Source: Camelus dromedarius (lineage: Eukaryota). From it: a DNA stretch of 64,000 bases. The notes beneath the pieces were generated by a model. It saw only the letters and a program-made list of their open reading frames with translations, searched no databases and was not told where the DNA came from. Within the stretch, counting starts at the first letter, position 1. Every line of letters starts with the position of its first letter. Below, one piece after another: positions 34,709 through 49,091 of the stretch. The DNA lies in contig NC_087453.1 in the NCBI RefSeq assembly GCF_036321535.1, positions 26,598,001-26,662,000 of the forward strand. Reading direction: 5' to 3'. Both the position numbers and the translations under genes were made by a program.

Positions 34709-37222
34709 TCCTCTTTACTGGGCAACCAGTAACCTGGCTTCCTTCCTTTACGCTTAATAATCTTAGTCTCCCTATTGAATTACTGGCTTGTCTCAGTTTT
34801 TCTAACTTAAAAATCAGGGCCTTAATGATAGTTAATATCTACCTATCTCACAAGCAGGATGAACTAGTGCACATGTGAAGTCATGGTATTTTTCAAAGTC
34901 AAGATGGTGACTCCACTACTCCGGTAATGAGGGTGTGAGCACTGAGGTAAATGTGTATATAGATGCATATCTGTGCCTGAGCCTTTTTTTTTTTTTTTTC
35001 CCAGTAGACTACCTAGTTAATGTTTTAACTGGGATAAGCATTTAACTGATAAATAAGATAAGTCATGTGAAAGTCTTTGTAAACAGCAAGCATTATTTAA
35101 GCCAACACTTTATAATTTTTATTATTGTTGCTCAAAATGAAAATAATGTGGTCATTGGGAAATTGCCCTCTGGAATTCTTTAGCCCGCTGTCAGGGAAGA
35201 ACTGAAGTCCTTCAGAGGATATGAGATCTGTAAGCTTTACCCCAGGCTTGATCACTAGGGAACCAGGGAGATTCCTGAATGATTTAGAGCACCATCTTGC
35301 TCTTCTATGGGTAAAAATATCTTGCATTTGATCTATGTTCAGCCTTCTTAATAATCATTTTTGGGGTATGATGCTAAAAAGTGGCTGATGGAAAATATGG
35401 GAGATGAAATTTTGGGTGGTCGTGCAAATACTCCTTGCTTCTTCCAATAATTGATGATCTAAATCTCATTCACAAAATAACAGCTTTCTTAAATCTATTC
35501 ATACCTCAGTTATACTTTTTAGAAAAGTTCTGAGAGTGGTTATAAACCCCCGTAATGGTCTCTCACCTCCTACAGTGGTACGTTTGGACTTGGAATAGCT
35601 TGAAAATCAAGGCTGCCTTGCCTCTAATTCCCTGCACATTTATTTAAACCAACAAATATATTTTATGCATGTTATTATTTAAAGCTTCACAAAGCTGTTC
35701 CTTATTTATTAAAAGAATTATCAGCAAAAAATGTAGCTCATCTACTGTTGGACTGAGCCATTCATTTGGTTTGATTGCAGAATAGAAACCTCATAGGGAG
35801 AGGTTTGCCATCATATTGTCAGTACAAACTGACTAAGATACTGGAGGGAAAACAAAGGGGATTAAGACACGATTCTGTCTTTGGGAATAAAATGATTACT
35901 ATTGTCAAAAAGGCTGTCAGTACCTCCTGAAAGCAGTGAAGAAATGAACTGGCTGCTAACTACGTCACCTTCCCTTGCTTGCATCTGTACTGGCCTCTGA
36001 GTATCAGCCCGGCGAACATATCCACACCTGCCGGGGAGTCACCCAGCGCTACTTCTGGGCTGGGTATCAGTAACAGTGTGAGGCTAGTTTGCTTTGATGA
36101 GGCTTGATTCAAAGTGATGTCGTATTTGCTTTAAAAATAGTTCAGAGTGATAACTTATTGGCAGAATAACTCTCAAGAAATCATGAAGGCATAGTTTTTT
36201 TTTTTTTACCAAATTGGTGGCCAGTATCCAGGCTTCGTTTGAAAACTGTGCTCTGAGGGAGCTTCGCTTCTTGTGCTTGGACCAGAACAGCTCAGAGATG
36301 CTGAATTACAGCTTACTGCTTCTCAGTCCAAGATTTGGCTATACGTTTAAGTTAGTTTATGCAAAACTGGCAGAGAGGGAAGTTTAGTTTTATTTTAGTG
36401 CCAGGTTTGATCATTTCCCTCTGGTTAGTGTGGCGAGAACGAAATCCTTCTCTTCTGACCCAACAACCGCAACCCAAATAGGCCAAGACACTAGGAAAAT
36501 ACCAGGGAAATGAGAAGTGCCGCCGAGGGCAGCCCAGCTGAGGCCTGGAGCGCACACCGAGCTGGGGCACGTCTGGGCCATCTCCCTGGAGGCCCGAGGC
36601 ACTTTGCCTGTGAAGCTCCAAAGCAGGGCTGCTTGATGTGAAGTCAGAAAGTATTCAAGTACTGTATGGCTCTGTTTCTTATGATCGCGGCTTATTTTTG
36701 CCTCTGTGTGCCATTTTGGAAACTGTCTTAATTTTTCCCTGGGGACCCATTCCTTCCTCACTTTTAGTCCCTGAGGTTTGAGTGGGACTGACTCACTTTC
36801 TCCCCACCTCCAGTGGCTCCAGCGATGGTTGCATAGCCCATACCTGACCCCTTAGAGTAATAATCAGATCAATCATGATCTACCATCCAGCCAGGGTGAG
36901 TCAGCTCTAGGTCTTTGGTTAGAGATTTTAAAAATAGTGTAGACGTCCTGGTAGAATGCAGCCCTTGCACTCCTGGAGAGCATCTTTGTTACCGTAGGGA
37001 GCGAGCTTGTCTGAGAATGAAGCCAACCCAGAGGGAAGCAGCATGGAGAGACAGGGAGAGGTGTACCATTTGAATCATAGTAAATGAGGATCTAAGTCCG
37101 GTTTTGCCTACAGCTGCAGGTGTAACTCATTAATTTATTTTCACATAGGAAAATTTGAGTTAGGTTTCCATTACTTGCAATGGGCAGGGCTCTGAAGAGT
37201 ATACTATCTTTTATAGAGCCTA

Positions 37223-37656
37223 CGTATCAGTCAGCCATTGCCATAATAATGCTGCGTAACAAAGTACCAAAAACTCAGAGGCATCCCACAACAGTCATTT
37301 CTTTCCTTCTTATGTATTTGTGAGTTAGTGGGAATTGGGTTCATCTAAGCTAGGTTCAGCCAGGCTTATTTCCAAGCTCAGGTGGGTCAAGTCTACCCTG
37401 TGAATCTCTTACCCTCTTTGAAAAAGTGGCTGTTTGGAGCATATTGCTCTTTTCAAGGAGACTGCCAGAAATGCCATGTAGCAGTCCCAACCACACAAGC
37501 ACAGGTCAAGCCTCTGCTTATGTCCTGTTTCCTAACAACGTATTGGCCAAAACAAGTAATTTGATCAACTCCAGCATCAAAGTGGGGAAAGGCACCTTCC
37601 GTGGAGGTGGGGAGAAAGGAGCGAACATTTAGAGGACAATAATCTAATCTACCACA
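37223..37656 (-). mobile_element. MLT1 (ERVL-MaLR) solo LTR, MLT1J-like, apparently complete
   Basis: CGTATCAGTCAGCCATTGC at the left and CTAATCTACCACA at the right are the reverse complements of both MLT1 termini. Confidence 0.88.
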
Positions 37657-39084
37657 ATCTGAATTTATACCTCCTTGTTATCAAATCATATAATTTTAAA
37701 ACTGCAAGGCTATAAATATAGTAATAATGTAAAATATTTTAAACAAGTTAATGTAACAAAAGGCCAACTGAGTTTTCTGGCACTGAGAGCTGTGTATTAC
37801 TGAAAGTTTCAATCTTCTGATTTATTTCCAATATGAATGATGTTCAAATTAGTTTTGAAATGAGTAGAACATCATGCAGGTGCCTCCTTCTGACCAGAGG
37901 ATTATTTCAGTCACATATGGTACACGTAGCTATCAACTGATGCGGGCATTTAATAAGAAGCTGTTTAATTTGATTTTGAAATTCTACATCACACAGGGTG
38001 CAAATATTGGCTAGTCTCCTCCCACTCAAGAAAACGAAGAGTGAAAAATATCTTCTCAGAATTTGTCACGTCTCTGTTCTACCACATAACAGTTTGTGAT
38101 GGCCATGGTAACATGTATAATACAGTTCATGCACGAATGCGATTCTGTTTATAAGGCACTTTTCAAACGAGGTGAGCCCGACTCGAAGATAATTGCATGG
38201 GAGGGGTGCTTCCAGACACGTGGAGGCACGATCCTTCATTCTAATTTGAGTGTGGAGACGATTAGATTTAAGGCCTGCGCCTAGTTTTCCCGGGCTGTGA
38301 AGAGGAAGGAACTCTTGCTATATTTGTGTAAGTCTCCTTCTCCTCTTCCATTCTGAGGGTGGGAGGGTTGCTTCACTGCAGTGTGAAGATCTGAGCGAAT
38401 AGGCAGGGTTGGGAACAATAAAACACCCAGAACACAGAGGCGGGCACCTCCCGCTGGCAAAATCCTGAGTGACTAGACAGGGGCCCCGAGTGGCAGCAGG
38501 CAGGCGATCTGTCAGAACATGAAACCAGAGGAGTTCCCCAGTTATGGCCTTGCCCGGGAGAGCAGCCTGCCTCCCACGTGTCAAGGTGAGTTCTGAGGAT
38601 CTGGAAGGAGAGCGGTGCCTTTCTCCCGAGAGATCTGCTTAAACTGAGAAAGGTGGTTCAGCCCTCAGCTATTTTGAGGTTCTTAGGCAGATTGACATGG
38701 CCCCACCATGCTACTATTTTTGTGACTTCAGGAATTCATTTGTCCCATCTTTCTCTCTGGGTTTTTTTTTTTTTCATTTAAAGAAATATAGGTGATGTGT
38801 ATGTATTTATGCACATCAGCAGCTTTAACATCGTGGTCCTGAGATACCTCAGAAGACCTCAGTGGCCCCCACAGATTTGGCAGGCATGTAGGGTGGGCAA
38901 GAAGGGCTCCACTCCCTTCAACACCCCATTCACTTAGAATTCTTTCTCCTTAGGGGTTTTGTGGATGGCGGTGCACCGCTGGTGTCTTTAACCATTTGGA
39001 AGCCAGGGCACTAATGGGCCCCAAGACTCCCCTCTTGCTCTGTGGTCCTTCTTGACCCGGAGCATCAGAATCAGGCTCAGAGTC

Positions 39085-39330
39085 TATTCGTTCTCAGAAG
39101 AACGTCTAGTGTTATGAGTATTACAGGTGGATCTATGGTTAAAGGACACAAAAAGATATGATAACCTGCCCTCAAGGATTTTACCATTGAATAAAGAGAA
39201 GGCAGGAAAATCTGATTAAACGGACGCTTACACCAGGAAGAGAGAGAACAGAGGACTGGTTGCTCAAGTCTTACTGAGAGCAAGAGGAAGCTTCAAAGAG
39301 AAGGAGGCCTCTGAGCTGGACCAGGCAGGT
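39085..39330 (-). mobile_element. L2 fragment
   Basis: AACCTGCCCTCAAGGATTTTACCATT and GGCCTCTGAGCTGGACC are antisense L2-like. Confidence 0.55.
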
Positions 39331-39489
39331 AGAGAGGGTTGTACAGGCAGGCGTGTAGGATTTAAGTCAGATCTGCTAGTCCTCTCCCTGCAATATTGCG
39401 AGTGCTTTCCAAGGTACCTAGAATAAGAGCCAAGCCCGTTAGTAGAGCTACAAGGCAATCATGATGGGGACCCCTGTCCTCCTTAGATG

Positions 39490-39610
39490 CTGCTCCTCAT
39501 GTCCTCCAGGCTCCTTATCCTCTCATCTCTGCTCCTCAACACTCCACGCACATTCCCACCTCTGGCTTCTACCTTTACTGTTCCCTCTGGCTGAAATGCT
39601 TGTCCCTCAG
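39490..39610 (+). mobile_element. L2 fragment
   Basis: CATTCCCACCTCTGGCTTCTACCTTTACTGTTCCCTCTGGCTGAAATGCTT. Confidence 0.65.
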
Positions 39611-40029
39611 AGTCTTCAGTGATGACTCTTCCTCATACTCCTGTGTCAGAATAAATGCAGCAGCATCTTGTCAGCCTTTCCAGTTTCCCTTCTTCTGATT
39701 GCGAGGGGTCGATCATAACCTGCTGGCCCCTGGAGCTGCACAAATGCTGGATGACTGGCTTTAGTGAATGCGGTGGAGGAAGTGAAAGCAACGCATGTGA
39801 CTTCCAGGCAGAGTCATTTACTTTCCAGCGTGAAACTCTACCATGTCTTGTTCTGAGGTCGGGACACGGGAGGTCTGTGCTGAAATGGAGGAACACCGCT
39901 GAACCATCACCCAGGGAACAAGTCACCTTGGAGTCTCCCAGACCCGTGGGAGACTCTGCCTAAGTGAGAAATTTCAAGGGTTTATTGATTTTAGCCATCG
40001 GCATTTTAGGGATCACTATCCTGACTAAT

Positions 40030-40275
40030 AGGGGTCCTTCCTAATCATACTCTTAAAGCTGCCCCTCCCCCTTGACTACAAATTACGCTCTATCTATATT
40101 TACTTTTTTTCATTTCACTAATCTGAAATTATGCTGCTTCTGCATTTATTTGTTATTTATTTCTCTCCATGAAAACATAAACGTCATGAAACAGGAGTCT
40201 TATGTGTCTTGTTCTATATTCTTGGTTATTGGACAAGCCCCTGGTGCAAAGCAGTCACTCAAGAACAAATGAACA
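40030..40275 (+). mobile_element. L2 3' end
   Basis: CCTTCCTAATCA...CATGAAACAGGAG...TCTTGTTC...CAAGAACAAATGAA. Confidence 0.6.
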
Positions 40276-40882
40276 CAAAGTGTATCCACGCCACGTGGGA
40301 TAGTGTGACTAACCTCCAGTGAAAGGAAACATATCAAGAAAGGCGTGCACGAGAAAGTTTGAATCAATGGCTCCTCTCCCCAAATCCCCCAAAACAAGAA
40401 TAAGCAATGCAGCTATTTATATGATATTTCTTAATCTCAATTTGCAAACTCTTAGACGCCAAAAATGTAACAATTATGAAAGAATACCGAGTTTAACCTA
40501 AAATCTTACTATTTATTGGTAAAGAAGTTACATGTAAATTTTGTGCTGGGTTACAGTGTAGAATTCCAGTAATACAGTGATTTTATTGTTTGTTTTGAAA
40601 GTGAGTTTTTTTTTTTTTTAAGTTTACTATTCTAGGTAGTACAGCAGAAAAATTATGATGGTGCCAGGGTCTTGTATGATTTTTCCTTAAGATCTAAGAA
40701 TTGAAAACAAAATCTTGTTTTATTTCAGAGAGTTGAAACCTAAATCTTAGTTTGTTTCATTTGTGTTGGCATTGTTTACCTCCAATATATTCCTCAAAAA
40801 ATGAATTGCATAAAAGAGACATAAAGAGGAGTGGTGAGAAGTTCAGTTGGGTGAAAGTATTGGTTATAAAAACTTCAAAACA

Positions 40883-41273
40883 GCCAGAAAGAGAAAGGAA
40901 AATTACCATGTGATATCACTTATATGCAGAATCTTAAAAAAAGACACAAATGAACTTATTTACAAAACAGAAACAGACTCACAGACAAAGAAAACAAACT
41001 TATGGTTACCAGGAGGAATGGGGGTGGGGAGGGATAAATTGGGAGTTTGGGATTTGCAGATCCTAACAACTATGCACAATAGAGAAAAGCGACAATGTCC
41101 TTCTGTCTAGCACAGGGAACTATACCCAATACCTTGTAATAGCTTATAAATGAAAAGAAGATGAGAAGAAACTTATAAAGAACTAAGTCACGATGCTGCA
41201 CATCAGAAATTAACACAATATTGTAAATCAACTATACTTTAAATAAAAAAATTTAAAAGAATAAAACAAGAAA
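40883..41273 (+). mobile_element. Cetartiodactyl-type L1 3' end
   Basis: AAATGAACTTATTTACAAAACAGAAACAGACTCACAGAC...; G-rich quadruplex-like tract 41020-41051; A-tail; TSD AAAACTTCAAAACA (40869-40882) / AAAAATTCAAAACA (41274-41287). Confidence 0.93.
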
Positions 41274-44200
41274 AAAAATTCAAAACAAATTGAGTAACCT
41301 ATAGACATAGGGGAAATTTTAAGAAGGGTAAAATTGTCTATATGACAAGAAAACGAAAATTGTTTTGAAATGAAGTATTTTGCTCAGATGGTATTGAATT
41401 ATCAACTTTTCTGAAACTACAATGACATTTTGAAGCCTACAGGGTCTGTTAAGATGATTAGAACTTCTAACTGCATAAACTACTTTCTAGCTTACTTCTC
41501 AACAGTAAGCTTTGGATGAATATCTTAAAAATGGAATCAGTGAAATTACATGATCTGCATCATTGCCCAGGAGAAGCTCAATATTGTCAAGATGATTGTC
41601 CTAACAGGACAGGGTCAAGAAGGATGTTACTCTACTTTTCAGAACTGCAAGCACTCCCAAGGGGACTCCTTTGTCTCAGTACAAACTTTGGGCTTCTTTG
41701 GCAGGTCATTGCCTCGGATCACCATTCTCATTTGTCCACAAGGAGCTGTGCCACATGGCAAGACTGTTGGTTTCTGTGGATAGTGAGGCCTGCTTGTGTT
41801 TTTGCCCATAACAGAGGTAAACTATGGAAACCATCTCCACTTAGCTTATCTGATCCTCCTTCTGCACTAGGGAGATACCCAATCTTTCTTTCCATCAAGC
41901 ATGTCAACTGCTGCGGACAGGAATGACGTTAACCTCAGGCACTTTGAAATACCCAAGGGCAGGGGGAAGGTCCATGTGCATGTTGGACAGGAATGGACTT
42001 ACGGTTTGGCTCAAAGACCCTCGTCAAACTGTTATTATTTTCTTTTAGAGGACTCTTCATGTGAAGGTGCTGTTTTTCTTGAAGATGATCTTTGTAGCAA
42101 AAGGGAGAAAAGAGAAACCCTGCCCAAGGGAACGCTGACTATGAGAGCATCACAGGAGAGTGTGTGGCCAGGCACACGGGTAATTACACAGGCTGTGCAG
42201 AGCGTGGGCAGATCATTTCATGAGAATATTGTCTTGTTTGTGAAGGCAGGAATGGATGTTCACTGCGGTAACTTGGCAACCAAAGAGATGAAGTGGGGAT
42301 AAGACATGGGCTAGTTAACGATGGCAGAGGGTGTTGTAGTCTTAGACACACTGGGACGTTCCCAGGGTTTGTCACCTTCTTTGGAGATGCCCCAAAGCCA
42401 GAGCTGCAGGGAGAGGCCTATGCAGACACGCTCATATCAGGTAACCTTGCTCCAATGGCTCACATTTATTGGGCCCAAAGGGACCTCTGGGCCAAGCTGA
42501 GCCAATCACATTTTGCTCAAATTTGAACGAAGACACACAGAAACTACCAGCAGTAAATATTAGATTCTGTCGTGTGCTCTCCCAAGCCCTGGGACCTCAC
42601 CATCTTAAAGCATTCTGACCATGTGTCCCAAAGTTTGAGGGTTCTTCTGGTAGCCAAAGGAAGCTCGGTCCATGGTCACAGCAGGCCAGAAGCATCAGGC
42701 AACTGATGCCCTGAGGAAGCGCTCTTGCCCAGTGACTTAAGGGAGTTGGTGTAGAGACATCCCAGCTTTTTGGCCCTTGGGTTGGAGCAGCTCTGAGATG
42801 CATGCTTTATGTGATTCCCAGAGTTTCCCAGCATCCACGGTGGGAACGGGCTTGATGAGACACCTGCCAAGGTTGTCTTCTCTCCCCTGTCTCTCTTCCC
42901 TCCCCCCTTATCCATATTTTTGGGGATCACCTCTCAAATAACATAGTGCCTCAGAGCCCGCTTCTGAAGAAACCTACGTTAAGATGGAAGCCACAGAGTC
43001 AGACTGAGGTCAGTGTTGGATCATAGCAGCCCCAAGTCACGTATGTTCAAGTTGAATTCCGGGGAGGAAAAAAAAAATAACAAAAAAACTCCCAAACTAG
43101 TTTGCATAGCAGAGCCTGGAGAGGTGAGCAAAGGCAGACATGAGAGAATAAGTAAGTGGACAATAAAAAGGAGCGAGCCTGCCAGGCAGCCAGCCGGACT
43201 GCCTGATAACCTGCTAACATTTGAGTTCTGTGAGATTCTAAATACCATCCTTTTCTTGAGATACCTTGAGGCATGCATATCTGTTTCTTGCTATCTAAAT
43301 ATTTCTGACTGGGACAGAGGTCAATGATCAACTATGCGGGAAGTTGCAGGGTCAGGAGAAGGTGTTTGAGGAAATGCTGGATGCCATCCCTACGTGGAAT
43401 GTCCGGGGTGTCACAAAGCGTCCATGCTGAACACTTAATGAGGAAAGAGCCAGGATCTGAAGGAATTGGACCAGGAGGTGAGGAAATTAAGCTGTGACAG
43501 GAAAAGGGATGATTTATGCATAAAATTGGAATATAATGGAGAAAAAATGCTAACCGTGCTTTGAAAAGAGGGACTAATTACTGCTTAGAGCCTAAGTTGA
43601 AAGTGGGCTACAGATGCAAAGGGGAACCCCGAGGTCCCCTAGAGTCTCATATCCGGGGTCTTCCAGTTCCTGCTTTTCACTTTTTACAAGGGGTAGGATT
43701 GTGCAGCATTTGGAGTTTTGTGTTTTTATTTTTGGTTTTTAAACAGATGCTCACATTCTTGGCCTAATGGAGGGGGAGTATTCAAAAGAAGGAGTTCAGA
43801 GGATAGACTTCAGAAGGGCAAACCATTGTTCATCCAGTGTGGGGCCGGAGCAGTTCTGGTGCTAAATGGAAGTTATCAATTCAGTGAGTATCACAAATGA
43901 TTGCGAAGAAATGATGGGGGCCTCCAGGAGATGGCTTTTTCAAGATCAATGATGGGGGAAAATTAGGGGCAAGTCTGTCATCACGAGGGGATTCGCCTAA
44001 AGATCAACAGTGCTTGAATTAAGTAAGTAAAAATTGAATGACATCTGGGGAAAGGAAAGGAAAAGGACAGGGATGTGAGAAAGGCAGAGAAAAATCCAAG
44101 AACCTCTCTGGTTACTGGAAGTCGGTTAATAGAACTTTCCAAAACAGAGTTGACCATGAAAGATTTTTTTTTCTTTGTTAGCTCTTCCTTTGCTTTTGCC

Positions 44201-44504
44201 TATCCCAGACCCCCTCCCCAACACCTCCCTTTGGAATTTAAAATTTTTTCAAACATTTTCCAAACAGCATTTTATAGATTTTTTTTCCTTTCAAATACAC
44301 AAATAGATTAAAAAAAAACTTTCAAAAGGAACTAAATTAAGGAGCTTCTAATGAATAGTCCTATTGGTCTGTTACCAGAGGAGGGTGGAGAGAGGAAAAG
44401 AAGAGACAGTGACAAAGACTATTTTTGGTAACTGATACCAGTTCGCTCAATGCCATGGCCAACCTTAGAGTATCTTAAGAGGAAGAGGAGGAAACAATAA
44501 TTTC

Positions 44505-44681
44505 CATTTTTTAATTTTTAATTTTCATTTTGGTGGGAGTATATAGTCACATGAAGTTGCAAGGAAATGTGCAGGAAGGTTCCTGTGCACCCTTTACCCA
44601 GCCTCTCCCAATGTCAACATCTTACGTAACTATGGTGAATATCAAAACCAGGAAACTGACATCTCACCTGTTATACATGCA

Positions 44682-44721
<40 letters not shown>

Positions 44722-45400
44722 TATGTAGGTATTTCTATGCAGTTTTAACAAATGTGTAGCTTCTTGTAATTACCACCAGAATCAAGATACACAGGGCTTT
44801 CTTCCTCCCACCTCCCCTTTATAACCATCTCATTTGTAACCCCCATTCCAAACTCCTGGCAACCACTAATCTGTTCTTCACTTCTATAATTTTTTTGTTT
44901 CAAGAATGTTATATACTTGGAATCGTATAGTAACTAACTTCTATGTGATTGGCTGTTTTCATTCAGTATAGTTTCGCAAGGTTGATCCAAGTTGTTGGTT
45001 GTGTCAGTAGCATGTGGCTCTTTTTTATTGCTAAGTAGTATTCCACAGTATGGGTGTACCACACTTTGTTTAACCATTCACCCATTCAAAGATATCTAGG
45101 TTGTTAACTCTTATGACTAAAGTTGCTATGAAATTTCATGTACAGGGTTTTGAATGCACATTATTTTTTCATTACTCTGGGATAAACACAACACTGCAAT
45201 TTCTAGGGTGTATGGTAAGACCATTTTTAGTTCCTAATAGTTATTACTGATATCTCATTATAATTTTAATTTGCATTTATCTAATGGCTAATGATGTTGA
45301 ATATTCTTTCCATGTATATGTTTGTTTTCTGTATATCCTTTGATATAAAAAGTCTGCTCATGTCTTCTGCCCATTTTCTAATTGGATTGTTTGGTTTTGA
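44505..45400 (-). mobile_element. Old L1 3' end (L1MB/L1MC-like)
   Basis: CCCTTTACCCAGCCTCTCCCAATGTCAACATCTT...TTTGTTTAACCATTCACCCATT; paralogous to 28060-29010. Confidence 0.88.
44685..44718. repeat. (GT)17 microsatellite
   Basis: Read directly. Confidence 0.97.
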
Positions 45401-46179
45401 ATATTTTACTTCAAAATGTATTTTGTTATAACTTCACCATAGTTTGTGTCCATTTTCCTTCTTTATCATAAGTTCAACCACTCTGTAAAATGAGCAAGAA
45501 TTTCTGTCCCCATATTTTAAATAGATTAAGCTCCAATAAACCTTCTTTATGTATCTAAAAATTGTGATGTAATGAGTTAAAAGGGGATTCTGTTATATAT
45601 GGAATTCATTCACATTCTGTTGGACTTAGCAGAGAAAGTCCAGAATTAACTGCATGCAACAGAAGGAAAGGAAATGATTAATAATAAAAATAAAGTTGAT
45701 GAAAATTAGTAATATCTTTGGGGGTATCTCTTGTAAACAAAACTTACAACTGAAATGTGACAAAATGCATTCTGAAATATTTGCCATCTTACAAGGATGT
45801 TTCATTTATAGTGATCACTGATATATTTTGGTTAACTTCTACCAGCTGATGTTAAGTTTTTAATCTTGAATATTTTTTGTTATTTCTTGTTTTCTATCAG
45901 GATCACTGAGATTTCATTTTTAAAATTGATTATTTTATTTTTTTCTTCCTTTTGTTTGGATGTTATACTTTTTTTTTTCATTTTGCTGTGGTTTACCTTT
46001 GTATTTTGGAAGTTTTATTCATATGATAAATCTAGAGTTAACCAATACCTCAATTGTCACCCAGAACCATACAAGGGGCTAAAAACAATACTGATCAACT
46101 CATTCCCATCCTTCCTGCCTTTGCTGTTTAGTTTCTCCTTGAGTTCAAGTGCATCTAAGTTAGTCAGTGTGTAGTTATT

Positions 46180-46500
46180 TTTTTTGCATGTTGTATGTTT
46201 ACTGATTTTCCTGTTTTTTATCTGAGTTCATTTTTTTTTTTATTTCTAGAGGTTCCACCTAGTGCCTCTGCAAGTACATGTACTCCTTATTCATAGAAGC
46301 TCTCTTTTTTTTCGGTATGTTGATTTGCCATTTCTACTTTTAGCTCTTTAAACATATTTATTTTGTACACTTTAAGATTGCTTTATAATTTCTCATTTCT
46401 AGGGTGCTAATTATCCTGTTTGTTAATCGTGACTCTCCCAAATAATGGTTAATTTCCCCTTATGCTTTATAATTTTTAATAGTGAGCTCATGTTTGAGAG
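46180..46500 (-). mobile_element. Highly decayed L1 fragment
   Basis: T-rich, with ATAATTTTTAATAGTGAGCTCAT resembling old L1M 5' regions. Confidence 0.35.
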
Positions 46501-47749
46501 AGACCATGGGATATAGATGTGTCACTATGTCCACTAGGGGCCCAGTGGCTTCATGGTTTGGGTCAATACCATGGATTGGGATTCTACCAATTTGCCTGGG
46601 ATATAAATTGAAATCTCACATTACACATGGTTTTTAATGTCACTTTGAGCCTTGATTTCCACCAAGAGCCCAAGACAGATGAAAAACTTTTATTACCATT
46701 TTTCTAGGCTAGCAGACAGAAATTTTCTAGTATTCTGTTCATTTAAAAAGAATGATAATGGAGTGTCACTTATCATGGTGTGCTTAAGAGGGCAGGTATG
46801 GAAATAAGTGACAGACCATTTGATGAATATCTTATATTTATATAATATTTATTTATTGGCTGTATGCTCCCTGAGGTCAGGGACAAAATCTTATTTTCTT
46901 TGTGTATAAAGAATTATCACCAACTGAGGATATATTTTGTTTCAGATATTATTCTGGGCACATTAAATGTATTGATGTTCACCTTTATATCATGTACTCA
47001 AGATGGTTATATTTATCCCCATTTAACAGATGAAAAAAATTAAAATTCAGAAGGACATATACCATTCCTATGTTCATATATTTGGCTCACTTCTCCCAGA
47101 AAAAGGACAAAGCAATGAAAACAATATTTCACATAATTTTAAGTAAAAATTTGTCACACATTGTTTTACTTTGGCATTATCCAACTATAAGATGATGTAT
47201 AAAAGAAAAATGATCCCCTGTTCAAAAAAAAGAAAAGTACGGGAAAGCTGAAACTACCAGTATTTGTTTGACTTTCTGAATTCTGATCCCTCATTTGTAG
47301 ATTTCGGACCTACTCCAGGACATTAAGTGCAACAACCCCAAAATCTACTAATTTTTTAAAAAAATCCGTAACAGTCCCCGAATCTAGCACTTTAAAGAAC
47401 TCACTTTTGGAAACGCTATGTTTCCTCCATTCTTTCTATTCTCAAAACCATCCTGTGATATTGAAAAGGCAAGCTGCTATTTGCAGACAAATTATAAAAA
47501 TGAGGGTGAAAGATGAAAGCTTAGACAATGAAAGTCCTCAAATGAACATCGAAGGCTTCAGACTAAGTTAACTAAGTGCCACTTATGCTGCCTAATGCTT
47601 ATCAACAATATTTATTGAATCTATGACATGGAAACATAAGCTTATTTTAAAACGTTCAACTGGGTTTTCCTTGTATAGTGTGAGGATTTAGGAAAGTTGT
47701 GGGGAATTACGAAGTAAAGAGATTGCAGTTAATTACATTTCTAAATATG

Positions 47750-48095
47750 GCTCCTGTCGTATGCTGCTCTTGTGATGTGACTCAGCTACTCTTCCCATTA
47801 AGCAATGGCGTCTGTTTCCTCCTTGTCAATCTGTGAATATTTGGCGATGGCAGAAGTGATCGTCTGTGACTTTTAAGGCTAGATCGTAAAAGTGACAGAA
47901 CTTCCTCCTGGCTCCCCTGGGATGCTTGCGCTTGGAGTCCAGCTGCCATTGCAACCGTGTGGGAAACCCTGAGCGAGAACTTCCTGCTGAGAACTGTCAA
48001 CCCTCAGAACTGTGAGAGGATAACAAAATGATTTGTGTTGTTTTCTGCTACTAGGTTTGGGGTAGTTTGTTACACATCAATGCGTAACTGACTCA
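47750..48095 (+). mobile_element. MLT1 (ERVL-MaLR) LTR, MLT1F/G/H-like
   Basis: GGCAGAAGTGA..GTGACTTTTAAGGCTAGATC...CAGAACTGTGAGA...TAGGTTTGGGGTAGTTTGTTACAC...TAACTGA. Confidence 0.85.
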
Positions 48096-48489
48096 GAGAT
48101 CAAAATCTTCAGTACTGATGCTTGCATCGATCAACTGAGAAGCTGCTCTAATAAGATCCTCCTACCATTAGGGACCCTGGTAAAGAGAGAGCATATAGGT
48201 AGATTATAGAATTAAATAAGAGACATTTGGAAAGCTTTCCCCCTTGGTTCTAAAAACAGTGCATATTCAGTGTAGAAGGCATGAAAAATTTAGGAATGTA
48301 TACAAGGAAATTTTTTTAAAAAATTTAAATTTGGACAATATTATAGAAACCAGTCTGTACTGTGATTACCTCACTTACTATTTCTCTGATCTTCAATAAT
48401 TTCCTGCAATATCAAGTGGAATGGCTATTCGTGTTTATGTAGGTCCTATAATGACAATACTACGTTTAATCCTCTTACAGATTTCTTCT

Positions 48490-48700
48490 TTGAATAAACA
48501 TTTTTGAGCCCTTTCTATGGGGAAGGTGGTAGTAGGAACATAAGGTACATTTTTAGTGGATATGGTCTTGGCCATCACGGAGGTGTTAGCTGTTAGGAGG
48601 AATTGGGCAATAAACCCTCAAACAAAAGCACAAATAAGCAGTTACAAAAGGGCAAAAATATTGGGAAGTGAGTGCACTGAATGCTGGGTTGTGTAATTAA
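48490..48700 (-). mobile_element. L2 fragment
   Basis: GAATAAACATTTTTGAGCCCTTTCTATG...ATATGGTCTTGGCCATCACGGAG. Confidence 0.55.
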
Positions 48701-49091
48701 TGGGGAAAGCATCTGGTGACAGAAAGCTGAGATTGATGACTGAGGGGGAATCGGCACTTGCGGGTACAGGGCAGAGCCTTGAAGGTTCTCAAGCAGACCA
48801 GGGAAGCGGCTGGAAGTGAAGTGCAGGGCAGCTACAGCAAGGGAGGAGGAGTCAGCAGGGGCTGTCGCCATAGCTCAGTCTTGTTGGACATCCAAGTTGT
48901 TTCTAGTTAGTCCCTGATTTAATAAGGCTGCAGGAAGCATTACTGTACAGACGTTATGCATGTCTTTCCAACATACTCTTATTTCTATAGCATAAGTTAC
49001 TGGACATGAAACTGATGAGCCAAAGAGCTTGCCTTTTTTATGACTCTGATGCCCTGGAGCTCCCAGACCTTTTATCCAAATTTAATTTTAG

